In this document: piece by piece, positions 61,240-64,000 of the stretch
How positions within the stretch are numbered: position 1 is the stretch's first letter
Layout of the letters: each line of letters begins with the position of its first letter
Source: a virus
Lineage: Duplodnaviria > Heunggongvirae > Uroviricota > Caudoviricetes
Reading direction: 5' to 3' (one strand)
Length of the DNA stretch: 64,000 nucleotides
Virus record (IMG/VR): IMGVR_UViG_3300037471_001079
Location: 19,877-83,876 of that record
Notes under the pieces: model-generated
Seen by the model: only the letters and a program-made list of their open reading frames with translations
What the model was told of the DNA's origin: nothing
Database searches by the model: none
Made by a program: the position numbers and the translations under genes

Positions 61240-61566
61240 ATGGCTTTTAAAATCCTGACCCCGCTTCCGAAGAAGCGGGCAAGCAAGCCCGGCTTCTCAG
61301 TGACGAAGCAGGGCCAGGGCGAGGTCAAGCTGCCCGACGACATCTCCGCTCAGTTTCCCAATGGAACGAAGTTCGATGTTATGGAGGGCGACGGCCCCGA
61401 CACCGGCTGGTATGCCCTCGTGCCCACCACCGAGAGCAATCGCCCCTCCCTCACCAACGGCCGGCTCCGCAGCCCACTGCTCGCCAGAGGGCTCGAGCCT
61501 TCCAAGCGCAAGGAGGTGACCTTCGAGGTGAAGGACGGCTCCATCTTCTTCAAGAGGCCTGGGTGA
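61240..61566 (+). CDS. Hypothetical protein (108 aa)
   Basis: first ORF after the terminator/structured region. Confidence 0.45.
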   Translation: MAFKILTPLPKKRASKPGFSVTKQGQGEVKLPDDISAQFPNGTKFDVMEGDGPDTGWYALVPTTESNRPSLTNGRLRSPLLARGLEPSKRKEVTFEVKDGSIFFKRPG

Positions 61567-62240
61567 GGTTCTCTCTCACTCTGGTTTCCAGGAACGCCAA
61601 GACCGGACCAATGCCAGTTTCCACATCGAGCTCGGACACCTGTCCGAGCTCGTGTCGTTTGAGAGGCAACGGCTGCTACGCCGAATTTGGTCCCTTGGCG
61701 CTCCACTGGCGAAATGGTCTGACATTATCGTGGACAGAGTTCCTGGAGGCGGTCGCGGACCTTCCCCGGCGGCGCCCCTGGCGCTATGGACAGGCAGGTG
61801 ACTTGCCGCGAGGGAGGGATGACAAGTTAGCACTGGCTAAGGCCAACGACCGGCGCAATGTGATAGCGTTCACCCATGACAGGGATCTGGACACCCTTCG
61901 CGAAATGACGGATATGGGATTCCATATCAATCTTTCAGCCGATCATTTATCGGAGGCAGACAGTCTGGCTGATACTGGGATGTCCGTGGCCACGGTCTTG
62001 CCTTCGGTTTATCATAAAAACAAGACGGAATCGCTCACGGAGTACCGAAACCGCTTGGGTGGGAAGCTGAAGCAGCTCACCCCAGCAGGCCGGACAATAG
62101 CAATTTGTCCAGCCACTTACAGCAAAACGACGTGTCTGGACTGCCAATTGTGTACGAGGCCCCGTAAAAACGGCGTCATCATTGGTTTTCCCGCACATGG
62201 AACGGGACGGCGGAAAATAGATGAAGCATACATAACGTAA
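61563..62240 (+). CDS. Cys-rich hypothetical protein (225 aa; GTG start or internal ATG at 61611)
   Basis: CPSSCRLRGNGCYAEFGP and CPATYSKTTCLDCQLC cysteine clusters. Confidence 0.4.
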   Translation: MRFSLTLVSRNAKTGPMPVSTSSSDTCPSSCRLRGNGCYAEFGPLALHWRNGLTLSWTEFLEAVADLPRRRPWRYGQAGDLPRGRDDKLALAKANDRRNVIAFTHDRDLDTLREMTDMGFHINLSADHLSEADSLADTGMSVATVLPSVYHKNKTESLTEYRNRLGGKLKQLTPAGRTIAICPATYSKTTCLDCQLCTRPRKNGVIIGFPAHGTGRRKIDEAYIT

Positions 62241-62255
62241 ACAGGAGAGTGCCTT

Positions 62256-62513
62256 ATGTGCAGCGCCGACAACGAAGGACATGGTCCAAACGAGACAATT
62301 CAGAACCCGGCAGTGCAAATGGATTTGATGGAAGAGTTGGCCGAAGAAGTCGCCATGTATGTGGATGCCCATTGGGCGCCGGAAGAGTATGGACATCTTT
62401 TTGAGACATTCCGAAAGCTGAAGGCGTTCGTGGTGTATCAGAAGGAGCGTGACCGACCACTTCCTCATTTCGTTGAGCGAGTGATCGGGTACTACGACAG
62501 CCAGCTCAACTGA
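62256..62513 (+). CDS. Hypothetical acidic protein (85 aa)
   Basis: strong SD AGGAGAG 7 nt upstream. Confidence 0.45.
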   Translation: MCSADNEGHGPNETIQNPAVQMDLMEELAEEVAMYVDAHWAPEEYGHLFETFRKLKAFVVYQKERDRPLPHFVERVIGYYDSQLN

Positions 62514-62712
62514 ATGGGGTGGGTGAGATAGGGGGGATTGATATAAAATGCGATTGTTGTGGCGCTGTTAACACATCGGTATGCAAACCCGCAGGGGGAC
62601 ATAAAAATCCCATAAAAACCGCTTCCGAAATAAGACCACTTCGTGGCATTGGTCTCATCACAGGTGAGGCGCCGCCGGCCGGGGGCGCTTGGCAGATTCC
62701 GTAGAGGCGACC

Positions 62713-63120
62713 ATGCTAGTCCCACTAGTACCAACGATACAAAGTAGAGTACAAATATCCAAACGCGTGATTTATAACTGGGCTCAGCGAAAGATTATTC
62801 CAGGCTGTATTCAAATCAATCGGACTTGGTTTGTATCTTTATCCATTCTAGAAAAATGGATTACTGAGCGGAAGGAACAATCATGCGAGAAATATACGAA
62901 CGAGCCGACAGCCCCCACTGGCAAGCCTGGATTGTCGTCGGAGGCCACCGCAAGCGGATATCGACCGGTGTCCCCGTCCATCCAGATACCCCAGTCGCCC
63001 GTCGGCGAGCTGCCGAGGTCGCGAGGGAAAGGGAAGATCACGAGAACGAGGTTCTGCGAACACGTTCGCTCGTTACATTCCAAGATGCCGTCTACGCCTT
63101 CTTCAAACACAAGGAGCTAG
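62713..63120 (+). CDS. xis: Excisionase/AlpA-like HTH protein (Xis candidate); the ORF continues 238 nt into the integrase gene in another frame
   Basis: ISKRVIYNWAQRKIIPGCIQINRTWFVSLSILEKWI matches the HTH_17/AlpA pattern; directly upstream of int. Confidence 0.4.
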   Translation: MLVPLVPTIQSRVQISKRVIYNWAQRKIIPGCIQINRTWFVSLSILEKWITERKEQSCEKYTNEPTAPTGKPGLSSEATASGYRPVSPSIQIPQSPVGELPRSRGKGKITRTRFCEHVRSLHSKMPSTPSSNTRS

Positions 63121-63974
63121 CCCCACCCTCGGTCGAGTCCTACGAGCTGATGTTCGACTATATCTACGGCGCGCTCGGCAATCTACCGCTCGTCGAGATG
63201 AAGCCGAAGCTTCTCTACGAGTTGATCGCGTGGGGACAGGACCACGGCCTGGCTGACGGGCGCATCCGTCACATGCTGAAGGTGCTGTCGTCGCTGCTGA
63301 GCTGGTCGATCAAACACTACAAGCGCTACGACGACATGGTGGTGCCGGAGGTCAACACGGTCCTGCAGCTCGATCTCTCTGACCTGAAACGTTACAAGCG
63401 GGTTCCGAGAGCGTTGACGCCCGACGAGCTGCGCCGCCTGATGCAGGCGGTGGAGACTGAAGGCCGTGAGATCGACAAGGACATCTACAAACTTCTGGTT
63501 GAAACCGGTATGCGCCGCGAAGAGCTACTCGGCATGCCATGGCGGGAGGTCAATCTGGACGACGGCGTGATCCGCCTCGACCCCGAGCGGTCCAAGACCG
63601 ACCAAGGCCGGTTTATCCCGCTGTCCGACACTGCGCTGACCATCCTGCAGCGCCGCAAGGCAGGGTCTCCTGATCACGATCACGTGATCACCTATCCGGA
63701 CGGTCGGCGCATGACCTACCCGGAATATTTCTGGGACCGCATCCGCAAGGCGGCGAAGCTGCCTGGCGTACGAATTCACGATTTGCGTCATACGTTTGCG
63801 ACGATGACGAGAGTAGGAGGACTGGCAAGAGAAGACAGGAAGGCCATCATGGGTCATTCGTCGGAAGAGGCGCATGACCTATACGCAGCGGCGAGCGTGG
63901 ACGCGCTCCGCGAGGTGCTCAACCGAGCCTCGCCGCTGACACAACTGGAGCACAGAACTTGCACACCGACCTGA
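62883..63974 (+). CDS. int: Tyrosine recombinase / phage integrase
   Basis: N-terminal arm-binding type start (MREIYERADSPHWQAWIVVGGHRKRISTGV); catalytic region RIHDLRHTFATMT, GHSSEEAHDLYAA (R...HxxR...Y); at the right edge of the phage region. Confidence 0.8.
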   Translation: MREIYERADSPHWQAWIVVGGHRKRISTGVPVHPDTPVARRRAAEVAREREDHENEVLRTRSLVTFQDAVYAFFKHKELAPPSVESYELMFDYIYGALGNLPLVEMKPKLLYELIAWGQDHGLADGRIRHMLKVLSSLLSWSIKHYKRYDDMVVPEVNTVLQLDLSDLKRYKRVPRALTPDELRRLMQAVETEGREIDKDIYKLLVETGMRREELLGMPWREVNLDDGVIRLDPERSKTDQGRFIPLSDTALTILQRRKAGSPDHDHVITYPDGRRMTYPEYFWDRIRKAAKLPGVRIHDLRHTFATMTRVGGLAREDRKAIMGHSSEEAHDLYAAASVDALREVLNRASPLTQLEHRTCTPT

Positions 63975-64000
63975 CCACCCCATATAACTAATTGATACCA

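Noticed and set aside
62519-62704. 61-aa ORF between the 62256 gene and xis
   Set aside because: Gly/Ala/Pro-rich with no SD. It lies in the int-proximal regulatory region and is more likely noncoding.
1-64000. CRISPR arrays, rRNA genes, toxin-antitoxin pairs
   Set aside because: No direct-repeat/spacer periodicity, no rRNA-like conserved blocks, and no recognisable TA pair were seen by eye. Repeats present are short operator-like or terminator elements.

Overview
This 64-kb, GC-rich (~60%) window is almost entirely one lambda-like temperate siphovirus genome or prophage; no obvious host genes are present.

Left arm, 97..32709, minus strand: a complete late operon in lambda order, read from high to low coordinates. 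It runs from a GpA-type large terminase through portal, protease/scaffold, decoration protein, capsid, head-tail proteins and major tail protein. It continues through G/GT chaperones with a -1 frameshift at a U7 run, an H-like tape measure with an SLT domain, and M, L, K, I and J homologs. K is split and domain-swapped. After J come two tandem paralogous fibers built from J's C-terminal region, a further fiber or tailspike, a lysis cassette (XhlA-like, PG-binding GH24 endolysin, holin) and a terminal SGNH-esterase-domain protein.

Embedded oddities in the late arm:
- an antisense lipoprotein moron (15527..15883);
- an HTH-metallophosphoesterase inserted between gpI and gpJ;
- two ribbon-helix-helix genes.

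Right arm, 32722..63974, plus strand:
- a PrimPol/D5-type primase-helicase;
- about 65 short early ORFs with several paralogous families and pervasive translational coupling (ATGA/GTGA overlaps);
- repeated operator and promoter-like motifs: GGACAAWTGTCC palindromes, an ACTAACACCCACA post-gene motif and a 25-nt conserved translation-initiation element;
- an AT-rich island carrying an HNH endonuclease;
- three paralogous tRNA-like genes with encoded CCA, two of which have non-canonical anticodon arms, 13 kb upstream of an RtcB RNA ligase. This is a candidate tRNA-repair or anti-anticodon-nuclease module;
- an M20/M28-like peptidase behind two large paralogs;
- a 450-bp structured low-GC noncoding region;
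- an SPFH/band-7 protein;
- a GATC-dense structured region with a terminator;
- an excisionase plus tyrosine integrase at the right edge.

All functional calls rest on motif recognition by eye and remembered lambda sequences. No database search was run.
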